This document shows positions 1 through 8,856 of a DNA stretch of 64,000 bases, piece by piece; the stretch's first letter is position 1; every line of letters begins with the position of its first letter. Under the pieces are notes generated by a model that saw only the letters and a list, made by a program, of their open reading frames with translations, did no database searches and was not told the DNA's origin. The stretch spans positions 12,362 through 76,361 of the forward strand of contig CAVSQR010000056.1 in assembly GCA_963729825.1 (NCBI GenBank), given 5' to 3'. The stretch comes from an uncultured delta proteobacterium (GTDB lineage Bacteria; Desulfobacterota; Desulfobulbia; Desulfobulbales; SURF-16). The position numbers and the translations under genes are program-made.

Positions 1-399
1 GAGCTCCAGTCCTATGCCGTTGAGATATCAAAAAAACGCCACAAGGGGCTCAATGTTATTCAAGGGTCGGCGTTTGATATTCCCTTTAAGGATGGTTTTT
101 TTGATCTCGTTTACACTGCCGGAGTTCTGATTCATATCTCCCCGGACGACATCGCGGAGGTGTTGAAAGAGATATATCGGTGCTCCAGGAAGTATATCTG
201 GGGGATTGAGTACTTTGCGGAAAGTTACGAAGAGGTGGCGTATCGGGGGCATGACGGTCTTTTGTGGAAAACGAATTTTGCCAAGCTGTATCTTGACACG
301 TTCCCCGATTTGCGGCTGGTCAAGGAAGAGCGGCTGATTAGAAAGAAGGATGATGGCAAAATGGACACCATGTTTCTGTTGGAAAAAATAATGAAGTAG
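1..399 (+). CDS. Class I SAM-dependent methyltransferase (5' end outside the window)
   Basis: Frame 1 is open from nt 1 to TAG 397-399. My translation ...GSAFDIPFKDGFFDLVYTAGVLIHISPDDIAEVLKEIYRCSRKYIWGIEYF... matches the post-motif-I region of Rossmann-fold methyltransferases. It resembles methylases found beside flagellin-glycosylation genes and lies directly upstream of maf. Confidence 0.7.
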   Translation, partial: ELQSYAVEISKKRHKGLNVIQGSAFDIPFKDGFFDLVYTAGVLIHISPDDIAEVLKEIYRCSRKYIWGIEYFAESYEEVAYRGHDGLLWKTNFAKLYLDTFPDLRLVKEERLIRKKDDGKMDTMFLLEKIMK

Positions 400-404
400 G
401 AACC

Positions 405-503
405 GTTGGCAAAATTAATGTCGTCACCGGATAGTCAGAGACGGCCTAAAGAGCCGTAACGAAATTGAAAAAATGGCCATGTTATTTCGTAACGGCTCCT
501 AAG
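405..503. repeat. Family-1 palindromic intergenic repeat, copy A
   Basis: The core at 451-498 is gagccgtaacgaaat-N18-atttcgtaacggctc, with perfect 15-bp arms. It is preceded by a degenerate head motif, ccgttggcaaa. It creates the spurious ORF start MKKWPCYFVTAPK. Confidence 0.85.
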
Positions 504-551
504 TTGAGAAAAGTAGCAACACCGAGGCGTCCAATGGAGTGGAGAGACAAA

Positions 552-2536
552 ATGAGCGCGTCCGATCAGGAATTTTTCAAGACAAATTTCGCCCTGCTGA
601 AAATACATTACCCCCAGCTGTGGCAAAGGTTTCGGGAAAATCCGCCCCAGCCCACTGGCGAGATAGTGTTTTCGCCAGCGGGCGGCCCCAATCTTTTGGT
701 GCGGAATGCAGACGGCAAGGCCTTTACCTTGCATCAGGAAAATGATCCTGCCGCCGAGATTCCGCAATTCCTTAAGCTGGTCCCCCCTGACGCCACCGGG
801 TTTGTGGTTTTTTTGGGTATGGGTCTGGGCTATGCCCCCCTGGCCTTGCTGCAGGAGCGGCCCAATATCAACCGGTTGGTAATTTTTGAGCTGGATGAAG
901 GAATATTCTGGCAGGCCTTGCAAGCTATGGATCTGGCTGCGCTGATCAAAAATCCCAGGGTGACTTTGCTGGTTGGGGCTCATCCTGATATTGCCAAAAA
1001 TCTTGGCGGTTTCATGGCCGCGCTCACCATGGAGTCGATTTATACCCTGGAACATTTTGCCGTTTTCGGTCTTGATCGGGATGGCTACCGCAAATTGAAG
1101 GATGATTTTTTCCAGTTTGCCAATACCATGAATATCGGCGGCAGTACCGTGACGGCGTACGGGAAAACTTTTGTGGCAAATCGCTTCCGGCAGCTCTCCG
1201 GTATTGGGCATGACTATTTTCTTGATTCGCTCCAGGGCGCCTTTGCCGGGGTTCCCGCCATCCTGGTGGCCGGCGGGCCGTCGCTCAATAAAAATATCCA
1301 TCTTTTACCGCAGGCCAAAGGCCTGGCAGTCATTATCGCGGTGGATGCCGCCATCCCCCCCCTGCTGGTCCAGGGCGTCAAACCGGATTTTGTGGGTTCC
1401 ATCGATATGCAGCCCCTGACCTATGAAAAATATGGCGCTCACGCCGGTGACCTTGCCGAGGTGTCGCTTGTCTGTGCACCTTGGGTTACCCCGAAAGTGT
1501 CCAAATATTTAAATGTGGAACGGGTATTTTGGCTGTTTTCGCAAAACAATATGGAGAAATGGCTGCACAGCCGGTTGGGGGGGGGGTGACCTTTCCCGGA
1601 GCCGGCACCGTGGCCCAGCTCAATCTCTATGCCGCGATTCTTCTGGGGTGTTCGCCGATTATTTTTGTCGGCCAGGATTTTGCCTTCAGCGATGATCGGA
1701 GTCATGCCGAAAATATCGTCTTGTCCGGTCAACAAAAGGTACAGAAAATGCTGGCCGCAAAAAAGGAGTTGCATTATGTCCCCGGCACCCTGGGCGGCAC
1801 CGTGGCCACTGACCGTTCCTTTCTGAGCATGAAAAAAACCGTTGAGGATACCATCCGGTCCAACCCCAATACGTACATCAATGCCACCGAGGGCGGAGCG
1901 CATATCGAAGGCACACGGGTGATGCCCCTGCAGGAGGTGCTGGCCGAATTCTGTCGGCCCGGGTCAACGACGGTCGCCGCGCGAATCACAGAAAAGCTGG
2001 GGCAAACTACGCCGCCCGATATGGCAGCCGTGGTCAAGGAATTCAGGGCAACTCTCCAGCGCGGTCAGGTTCAGTTGAAGTATATCAGCCAGTCCGATGA
2101 ACTGGGCGGCCGGATTCTCGTGGACGTCACCAAGTTGGAGCGCCGGGCCGCTATGTTTACCTGCTTTGATCGGCTGCCCAAGGAGTTGCAAAAGCGGCTG
2201 CGGAAAAACGACGAACTCCATGGGAAGATAGATCGGGATCAGGTCTGGGATCTGTTGCAGGATGTGACCACCGAGGGGCTGCGGGACACGGAGCGGATGA
2301 AGGTGGCAATTGAGCAGCTTGAGGGCGATCCGGCCCGATATCTGCTTTGGCTGCGGAAAAGCCTGGAGCGGTTGCTTGAGGTCAACAAGGTCAGGCGCCG
2401 GGTGCTGACCGATTTTCTTGCGAAAATTTCCCAAACCATTGAGAACTTCGAGTCCGAACAGGCCCTCTTGCGGCAAGACCGGCTCCGCTTTGCAAAGCAG
2501 CCTGGCTCTTGCCCGGCTGTACATGGCAAACGGTGA
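552..2536 (+). CDS. Motility accessory factor (Maf, DUF115/MptE-like) putative flagellin glycosyltransferase, frameshifted at a G10 tract
   Basis: ORFs 465..1589 and 1481..2536 join at the G run: ...LHSRLGGG* continues as ...GGGVTFPGAGTVAQLNLYAAILLGCSPIIFVGQDFAF. DUF115-type motifs are present (ILVAGGPSLNKNI, VIIAVDAAIPPLL). The likely start is ATG 552 (MSASDQEFF), with ATG 534 as an alternative. Confidence 0.75.
1577..1586 (+). repeat. Homopolymeric G10 tract inside maf
   Basis: The sequence is ccggtt-gggggggggg-tgacc. TGA 1587-1589 is read in the upstream frame. G11 or G8 would fuse the two maf ORFs. Confidence 0.95.
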
Positions 2537-3440
2537 TATCCGCCTGGCTCGCCCGGTGCTTGAAGAAATGCTGTCCGATCACCATGACTCGGCGGAAATT
2601 CACTTTTTACTCGGCAAGATCGCTGCCCTGCAGGTTGATTTTGCCGCCGCGGATCGCTTCTTTGCCGAGGCCCAACGCTTGTCTCCCTTGCTGGAGGCGG
2701 AAATTGACGTCTTTCGCCACGAATGCGCCGCCGAGTATCTGACTTTTTACCGGGACAACCTGACGGGCAGAAAAATGTTGCTGAAGGGGCTGCGGTATGA
2801 CTGCCGGCACGAAGGTGTGCGCAAACAGATCATGGCAGCGGTGGCTCAAGACCTGGCCCTGATGTCCGCCGCCCTGGCGCACGTCGATGGCCAGCAAAAT
2901 GACCCTGTCCAGGCCTCCAGGTTTAAGGAAGCCGCCGATCTGGCGCGATTCTGGCACGAAAACCTGCACAGCAACCCCAACCTGGCCGCCTTGCTCACTA
3001 CCCAACAGGCGGCGGCCATCCATTTTGCCCAGGGACAGTTTCTGTTCGGCCAGGGGGATTTCAGCGGCGCCCTGGCCGGTTATCAAGAGGCGGCCGCCCT
3101 GACTCCCCGGGACGCCCTTATCCAGGTGGCCATCTTTGAGGCCGCCTTTAACCTCGGCCGCTTTGATCTTGGAGCCATGGCCCTTACCAGGGCGGTGGAC
3201 CTGGATCACTCCCTGGCCAGACACTGGGAGGAGCTCGGCGACTTGCTCCTGACCTCGCAACAACCCGCCGATGCCCTGGCCGCCTATGAACAGTGTTTCG
3301 CTACGCAGCCGGAACAGTTCCATCTGCTGAAAAAGATCGGCGATTGCTACCTCGCCCTGGAGCAGCTGGAGGCGGCGCGGGAGGCATACCGGTTTTATCA
3401 GCAAAAGGCCCTGGCTGCCGGGACAAATCCTGCGGAATGA
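2523..3440 (+). CDS. Tetratricopeptide-repeat (TPR) protein
   Basis: This is ORF 2418..3440, with repeated A/L/Y-rich helix pairs (ARLYMANGDIRLARPVLEEML, AQGQFLFGQGDFSGALAGYQEAAALTP, IGDCYLALEQLEAAREAYRFY). The start is uncertain: TTG 2418 or ATG 2523, neither with a Shine-Dalgarno sequence. It could be fused to maf through another indel. Confidence 0.6.
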   Translation: MANGDIRLARPVLEEMLSDHHDSAEIHFLLGKIAALQVDFAAADRFFAEAQRLSPLLEAEIDVFRHECAAEYLTFYRDNLTGRKMLLKGLRYDCRHEGVRKQIMAAVAQDLALMSAALAHVDGQQNDPVQASRFKEAADLARFWHENLHSNPNLAALLTTQQAAAIHFAQGQFLFGQGDFSGALAGYQEAAALTPRDALIQVAIFEAAFNLGRFDLGAMALTRAVDLDHSLARHWEELGDLLLTSQQPADALAAYEQCFATQPEQFHLLKKIGDCYLALEQLEAAREAYRFYQQKALAAGTNPAE

Positions 3441-3458
3441 CCCGCCCCTAAAAAAAAT

Positions 3459-3485
3459 TTAAGCTTTTTCTGTTACCGCCGATAC
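3459..3485 (+). promoter_or_regulatory. Candidate sigma-28 (FliA) promoter of the flagellin gene
   Basis: The sequence ttaa-N15-gccgatac compares with the consensus TAAA-N15-GCCGATAA. It lies about 180 nt upstream of the fliC start. Confidence 0.5.
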
Positions 3486-3616
3486 GTTTGATGAATAATA
3501 AAAAAAATAGGCATGGTGTCAGTTTAAACCAAAAAAACCTTCACCAAATACTCTCAGGAGGTGATAACGGCACGGGACAATATGTTCAGCAGAGCACGGT
3601 TGGATTTTTTAAGCAT

Positions 3617-3636
3617 CGGGAGAATGGATTCTCCCG
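3617..3636 (+). promoter_or_regulatory. 5'-UTR hairpin presenting GGA in its loop (candidate CsrA site)
   Basis: The hairpin is cgggaga-AUGGAU-tctcccg, a 7-bp stem with a hexaloop containing GGA. A second GGA lies in the Shine-Dalgarno sequence, aucauGGAGGaau (3653-3657). Confidence 0.35.
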
Positions 3637-3664
3637 GACCAAATAATATCATGGAGGAATGACT

Positions 3665-6139
3665 ATGTCTTTACGTATTAATACCAATATCGCCGCTTTA
3701 ACCGCTCACAAAAACATGATCAAAAACGACAACAGCCTCTCCGCATCGTTGGAGAAGTTGTCGTCAGGATTAAGAATCAACAAGGCCGCGGATGATGCTT
3801 CCGGCATGGCCATCGCCGATTCTCTGAAGTCCCAGGCCCTCGGCCTCGGCCAAGCCGTTCGTAACGCCAACGATGGTATTAACATCGTGCAGACCGCGGA
3901 CGGCGCCTTGGAAGAATCCATCAATATCGTCAACACCATTAAAACCAAGTCGATTCAATCGGCCCAGGACGGCCAGACCACAGAATCCCGTAAAGCCATC
4001 CAGGCCGACATCAGCAAACTGATGGAAGAGTTGGATACCATTGCCAAGACCACGGCCTTCAACGGCCAGAAGCTTTTGTCTGGTAACTTTATGAATAAGA
4101 AGTTCCAGGTTGGCGCCTATTCCGGTGAAACAGTTAATATCTCCATTGGTTCCGCCGAGTCTACCAAGGTGGGCCATGTCTCCACCACCGATCTGACCTT
4201 TGGCGGTGAAGGTGTTACCCAGTTGAGTCTGTACAGCAACGTGCAGAACAAGTCCTACTCGTTGAACGCCATCGAGGTCAAGTATGACAATAACCCGGAG
4301 CACGGCATCGCCGCGGTGGCCGATGCCATCAATAAGTTGAGCGATGTCCTGGGCATAACCGCCAAGGCCAGCGTCAGCTCCACCACCGCCGGCAGTGTTG
4401 CGGCCGGTACCACCGACGCCTCCTTTGCCATCAACGGCGTCAATATCGGTGAGGTGGCGGTGGCGGATGGCGACTCCACCGGTGCCCTGGTGGCCGCCAT
4501 CAACGGCAAGACCTCACAGCACGGGGTTTACGCTGCGGTGGGTTCTGATGGTACACTGACCCTGACCGCGAACGACGGCCGGGCCATCAAGGTTACCCAG
4601 GACAGCAATACCGACGCAGTCCTGAGCGGCACCGACATGTCCACCCTGGGTAAGATCCAGATGACTCAGACCGGCACCGGTGCCATCACGGTTAGCGACG
4701 TGAACGCGGTGACCGGAGTTACCGTCTCCGCCGCGGACGGTTCGATCAAGGTCTCAGGGATGACGACTAGTCTTCAAGCCATGCTCATTACCGCCGGGTC
4801 GGTACTGAAGTCGGGTACGACATTTGGCTCGGGAACGGTATTGCAGGGCACATTCAAGACAACTGGCACCGATGCTGTCGTGTCGGGCGGATCCATCATC
4901 GCTGCTGGTTCAATCTTGAACAGCGGTTCTATAATTGGCTCTGGAACCACGATTACCGGTAGAGTTACTGTAAGCTCAGGGACCACTGGTGGTACTAAAG
5001 ATAGTATTCTGACGGCCGGGACTTATCTGGCCTCAGGCACTACATTTGCCTCTGGGGCAGTCTTTGATGGCGATGTCACCGCGTTTCTCAGTGGGGCTGC
5101 TGACGGAGAGGTCATATTCAGAGACGGTCAGACCTTTATCAGCGGTGGCGCGACCGCAGTTGTAGTCAAGGCAGGAGGCATGACCCTGACCGCCGGGGCC
5201 ACACTCTCTGCAGACGCTGTGCTTGCCTCCGGTTCGATTCTGAATATTGGCTCTAAGATTGAGGGTGGTGGCATTTTGGTAAAAGGGAAAGCAACCCTGG
5301 ATTCCACCATGATTACGAAAAATGGTTCAGCTACGACAATTGTCAGTGGCAGCACTCTGACCACGGGGTCGTCCTTGCAAGGGGCCGTATTCAGTGGTAA
5401 AGGGACGGTTACCGGCGATATGACCATGACCGCTGGTTCCATAATCGCCGATAAATCAACAATAGCCAATGGCTCCACCCTTTCCACCGATGCCGGTACC
5501 GGTGCTGACGGCATCATTGGCCTGGTTGACGATGAGGTCGTGGGCCCCAAAGACATGGTGCTGGGAAAGGGGACGGTCCTCATGAGTGGTAGCCTCCTGA
5601 AGGCCGGGACGGTTCTGACTACTGATATCCAGGAGCAAAGCGGCGGGGCTCTCTTCGTTAAAGGTACCACCTTGGATCGTGACATCCTTACCGCATCAGG
5701 CATCACTTTGGGGGATGATATGACCATCAAGAGCGGTTCTATCCTTATGGCCGGAACCCTTCTTGCTGATAGCGCTGCGGCCAAATCTGAGAACGCGGAG
5801 TCCATCACCTCCGAGGCCAAGGCCTATCGGCTGTCCGATGTAGATGTCACGACCCAGGAAGGGGCGCAGATCGCCATCTCGGTGGCTGATGCGGCCTTGA
5901 AGAACCTGGATAAGGTGCGGAGTGATCTCGGTTCTGTTCAGAACCAGTTGACCTCGACCATTTCCAACCTGTCGGTCACCAAGGTTAACGTAACGGCGGC
6001 GGAATCGTCCATCCGCGACGTTGACTTTGCCGAGGAATCTGCAAACTTCTCCAAGATGCAGATTCTGAGCCAGGCAGGCACCTTTGCCATGGCCCAGGCC
6101 AACGCAAGCTCCCAGAACGTTCTGAGCCTGCTGCAGTAA
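3665..6139 (+). CDS. fliC: Flagellin (about 824 aa) with a very large central variable domain
   Basis: The N-terminus is MSLRINTNIAALTAHKNMIKNDNSLSASLEKLSSGLRINKAADDASGMAIADSL. The C-terminus is ...RSDLGSVQNQLTSTISNLSVTKVNVTAAESSIRDVDFAEESANFSKMQILSQAGTFAMAQANASSQNVLSLLQ. GGAGG lies 7 nt before ATG 3665; the ORF also opens at ATG 3659. Confidence 0.95.
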   Translation: MSLRINTNIAALTAHKNMIKNDNSLSASLEKLSSGLRINKAADDASGMAIADSLKSQALGLGQAVRNANDGINIVQTADGALEESINIVNTIKTKSIQSAQDGQTTESRKAIQADISKLMEELDTIAKTTAFNGQKLLSGNFMNKKFQVGAYSGETVNISIGSAESTKVGHVSTTDLTFGGEGVTQLSLYSNVQNKSYSLNAIEVKYDNNPEHGIAAVADAINKLSDVLGITAKASVSSTTAGSVAAGTTDASFAINGVNIGEVAVADGDSTGALVAAINGKTSQHGVYAAVGSDGTLTLTANDGRAIKVTQDSNTDAVLSGTDMSTLGKIQMTQTGTGAITVSDVNAVTGVTVSAADGSIKVSGMTTSLQAMLITAGSVLKSGTTFGSGTVLQGTFKTTGTDAVVSGGSIIAAGSILNSGSIIGSGTTITGRVTVSSGTTGGTKDSILTAGTYLASGTTFASGAVFDGDVTAFLSGAADGEVIFRDGQTFISGGATAVVVKAGGMTLTAGATLSADAVLASGSILNIGSKIEGGGILVKGKATLDSTMITKNGSATTIVSGSTLTTGSSLQGAVFSGKGTVTGDMTMTAGSIIADKSTIANGSTLSTDAGTGADGIIGLVDDEVVGPKDMVLGKGTVLMSGSLLKAGTVLTTDIQEQSGGALFVKGTTLDRDILTASGITLGDDMTIKSGSILMAGTLLADSAAAKSENAESITSEAKAYRLSDVDVTTQEGAQIAISVADAALKNLDKVRSDLGSVQNQLTSTISNLSVTKVNVTAAESSIRDVDFAEESANFSKMQILSQAGTFAMAQANASSQNVLSLLQ

Positions 6140-6215
6140 CAGCGGCTAGTGCGTCAGCCTTGACGGCTGCAGCCTGATGGTTCAAGCAGGCTGAGAGGTG
6201 AAGATAAATCTTAAC

Positions 6216-6252
6216 AGGGTAACGGTCCTTAGCGGCTGTTACCCTTTTTTTT
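6216..6252 (+). terminator. Rho-independent terminator after fliC
   Basis: The stem agggtaac...gttaccct is followed by a T8 run. Confidence 0.7.
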
Positions 6253-6338
6253 GCCGCACCGCTGATCCTGCAGGCCGAACACCGGATTGGTGATGGCGAG
6301 TGGTGCCATGGCCAAGAGGATCATGACAAGAAATAGCT

Positions 6339-6364
6339 TAAGTTTTCCGCGCTGATGACGATAA
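6339..6364 (+). promoter_or_regulatory. Candidate sigma-28 promoter of fliD-fliS
   Basis: The sequence taagttt-N11-gacgataa compares with the consensus TAAAGTTT-N11-GCCGATAA. Confidence 0.6.
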
Positions 6365-6426
6365 AGTAATTATGAGTAAAAATTTGTGCGCGGATCAAAA
6401 TGGATGAATCCGTAAAAGTCTTTTTT

Positions 6427-6515
6427 CACCATGGAGCACACAGAGATAAGAGAGAAATATTTTTTATTACAGTCAGTTAGCTCTGTGGGCTTTGTGCTCT
6501 CTGTGGTGAATTTTT
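6427..6515. repeat. Family-2 palindromic repeat, copy 1, inside the fliD leader
   Basis: The sequence is caccatggagcacacagag...ctctgtgggctttgtgctctctgtggtgaattttt. It is about 80% identical to the reverse complement of 25514-25606. Confidence 0.8.
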
Positions 6516-6604
6516 CAGTTTTTACGATTTCATCAAAATGAAATGTGGTCGAAAATTCCTGAGATTAGCGGGATTCTTTCTTTCGACCGGGGTGAGTGAC
6601 GGAT

Positions 6605-8326
6605 ATGGCCGGGACAATCAGTACATTGGGCATCGGGTCGAGCATCGATCTGCAGGGCATGCTCGAACAGCTGCGGGAGATTGATCAGCAGGTCGTTGAC
6701 ACAAAAAAAGACACGATCAAGGGGTTCCAGGATCAGCTGGCGGAATTCACCACTGTCAACAATAAGCTGTTGACCTTGAAAAGCGCGGCCCTGAATCTTT
6801 CCCTGTCCAGTAACTTTCTGGGCCGGGCTGTGGCCAGTTCCGACGAAACCGTGGCCACGGCCACGGTTGCAGACGGCATCGCGGAGCAGAGTTTCCAGCT
6901 TGATGTGACCCGTCTTGCCGCCAAAAGCTCCTGGTTGTCCGCCTCGGGTACGGCCGCAGCCGACACCAGTGTGTATGTGCCGGTGAGCGTTCAATCGACA
7001 ACCGGTGTGGCTGACAGCGGCACAACGGTGGTTGCCCATGCCGGAGAATCCATGCTCATCGACTTTGGCGAGAGCGATCAGCTCATCCTGAATGTGGCCG
7101 GTGATATGACCATGGATGATCTGGTGACGGCGATCAATACCCATGTGGATAATGTGGGCGCCGGTGATAACGGACGGCAGGTAACCGCGGAAACCTATGC
7201 TGTGGGAGGGGAGACATTCCTGCGCATCAGAAGCGATCTGGCTGCCGGCACGGGGGAGAGCAACCGGGTGGCGGTTAACGAGGATTTTGCCGCTATCGAC
7301 TTTGCCGCGCCTGATGCCACTTTTTCCTTCCAGGTCGGCACAGGTGATCCTGTTGCCATTACCGTTGCGGCCGATACGACCGTGACCGGGCTTGCCGCGC
7401 TCATTAATGATGCTGAGGATAATCCCGGCGTCACGGCAACGTTGATCAACGACGGTGATGCCGCCACTCCCTACCGTCTGAGCCTGCAGTCGCACACCAT
7501 CGGCGAGGATGGGCGCATCACTTTTCTGACCCAGCTGGCCGATATGACCCTGAATGAGCAGCAGGGGGCCGGAGGGGCATCGCTCAATTCCCAGTTTGCC
7601 GTGGACGGCATTAATTACCAGCGCAAGACGAACTCTTTTTCCGATGTTCTTTCCGGGGTGACCATCACCCTGGCGGGTGACGGCACAAGCACCATCACCG
7701 TCAGCAATAATAATGCAAGCGTCAAAGACATGATTAAGGGACTGGTTACCGCATACAATGACGCGGTCCAGGAAGTGCGGACAAATTCCTCCTATGACGC
7801 CGAGACAGGCGAATTCGGCAGTCTGTTCGGCACAACGCTGCGCGATCTTCCCAACACGTTGAGCAACCTCATGACTGCAACGTACAATGGTGACTCAACC
7901 GGCACGGTCACCACACTTTTTGATCTGGGCCTGGAATTTAACCGGGATGGAACCATATCACTCAATGAAGAGACTGTTGATGCCGCCCTGGCGGACAATC
8001 CCGATGCGGTAAGCGCTTTCTTTCTCGGCGATTCGGACCGGGACATTCAAGGCTTTGCCGATATGGTCAATGAGCAGATGCGGACCATGACGAGTAGCCA
8101 GGGGCAGATTGATGGGGAGAAGCAGTCGGCCCAGGACAGGATCACTGAGATTGAAGCAAAGGTTGCGGCGGAAAACGCGCGGCTGGACAAAAAATATGAA
8201 TTAATGACTAAACAATTTATTGAATTAGACCGATATATGAATCAGATGACATCGCTGTCAAACTATCTGGGAAGCCAGTTTGACAGCATCTCAAATGCCT
8301 GGGGCGGTAGTGGCGGAAGCAACTAG
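6605..8326 (+). CDS. fliD: Flagellar filament capping protein (hook-associated protein 2)
   Basis: This is ORF 6596..8326. The N-terminus is MAGTISTLGIGSSIDLQGMLEQLREIDQQVV, and there is a C-terminal coiled coil, ...IEAKVAAENARLDKKYELMTKQFIELDRYMNQM. It follows fliC. Confidence 0.9.
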   Translation: MAGTISTLGIGSSIDLQGMLEQLREIDQQVVDTKKDTIKGFQDQLAEFTTVNNKLLTLKSAALNLSLSSNFLGRAVASSDETVATATVADGIAEQSFQLDVTRLAAKSSWLSASGTAAADTSVYVPVSVQSTTGVADSGTTVVAHAGESMLIDFGESDQLILNVAGDMTMDDLVTAINTHVDNVGAGDNGRQVTAETYAVGGETFLRIRSDLAAGTGESNRVAVNEDFAAIDFAAPDATFSFQVGTGDPVAITVAADTTVTGLAALINDAEDNPGVTATLINDGDAATPYRLSLQSHTIGEDGRITFLTQLADMTLNEQQGAGGASLNSQFAVDGINYQRKTNSFSDVLSGVTITLAGDGTSTITVSNNNASVKDMIKGLVTAYNDAVQEVRTNSSYDAETGEFGSLFGTTLRDLPNTLSNLMTATYNGDSTGTVTTLFDLGLEFNRDGTISLNEETVDAALADNPDAVSAFFLGDSDRDIQGFADMVNEQMRTMTSSQGQIDGEKQSAQDRITEIEAKVAAENARLDKKYELMTKQFIELDRYMNQMTSLSNYLGSQFDSISNAWGGSGGSN

Positions 8327-8361
8327 CCCCGATCGTATTTATTTTATACAAGGAGAAAGCA

Positions 8362-8856
8362 ATGAATTCAACACAGGCCTGCCTCGCCTACCGTCATTCC
8401 GGAGTAAAGGCAAAAATTCATCCCGTAAAGCTGATTGCCATGATGTATGAAAGAGTACTTGTTCACCTGCAGATGGCGGAAGAGGGCGTTATGGAGAAGA
8501 AGCCGCAGAAGCGGGGGGAACATTTAGGTAAGGCCATCGCCATCATCACGGAACTCTATACCTCGGTGAAGGAGGGGGACGATTCCGATGGCGCGGTGTT
8601 TCTGCGCGGACTCTACGGCGCCATCCTGGTGGAATTGCCCAAGGTGTCCATATCCGGCGATGTGGAGATTCTGCAGCAGACGAGAAAGTATATCGAGCGG
8701 TTGAAAGAGATCTGGGAACAGACGGCATTGAAGGAAATGCAGGAAGGGTTGGACGCGCGGAAAAATGAAAATGGCGAATCCCCTGCGGTTTTTGAAACAA
8801 AAGGTAACACCGCCCCAAGGGTTGCAGTTTCCCCTGGCGTATCTTTTTCGATTTAG
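8362..8856 (+). CDS. fliS: Flagellar export chaperone FliS
   Basis: The sequence contains AYRHSGVKAKIHPVKLIAMMYERVLVHL...HLGKAIAIITELYTSV...FLRGLYGAILVELPK. A strong Shine-Dalgarno sequence (aaggag) precedes it. It lies downstream of fliD. Confidence 0.9.
   Translation: MNSTQACLAYRHSGVKAKIHPVKLIAMMYERVLVHLQMAEEGVMEKKPQKRGEHLGKAIAIITELYTSVKEGDDSDGAVFLRGLYGAILVELPKVSISGDVEILQQTRKYIERLKEIWEQTALKEMQEGLDARKNENGESPAVFETKGNTAPRVAVSPGVSFSI

Noticed and set aside
465-551. The N-terminal extension MKKWPCYFVTAPKLRK... of the maf ORF, and the mirror ORF 8546..8890 that starts with the same peptide.
   Set aside because: The shared peptide is encoded by the family-1 palindromic repeat read on either strand. 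It is repeat sequence, not a conserved protein start.
5128-5820. Large antisense ORFs inside well-supported genes. Examples are 5128..5820 in fliC, 6533..7495 in fliD, 24200..24904 in purA, 34026..35204 in glyS, 37253..38185 in ald, 58096..59010 in hemA and 60663..61511 in yidC.
   Set aside because: These are shadow ORFs on the opposite strand of genes with strong homology signatures. They have an implausible composition (rich in Gly, Arg, His and Pro) and no ribosome-binding sites.
503-8853. A Hin/Gin-type invertible flagellar phase-variation segment bounded by the identical inverted repeats.
   Set aside because: No recombinase gene lies in or next to the segment, the repeats belong to a dispersed family, and inversion would not obviously uncouple any promoter. 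It is reported only as a low-confidence hypothesis, not as a feature.
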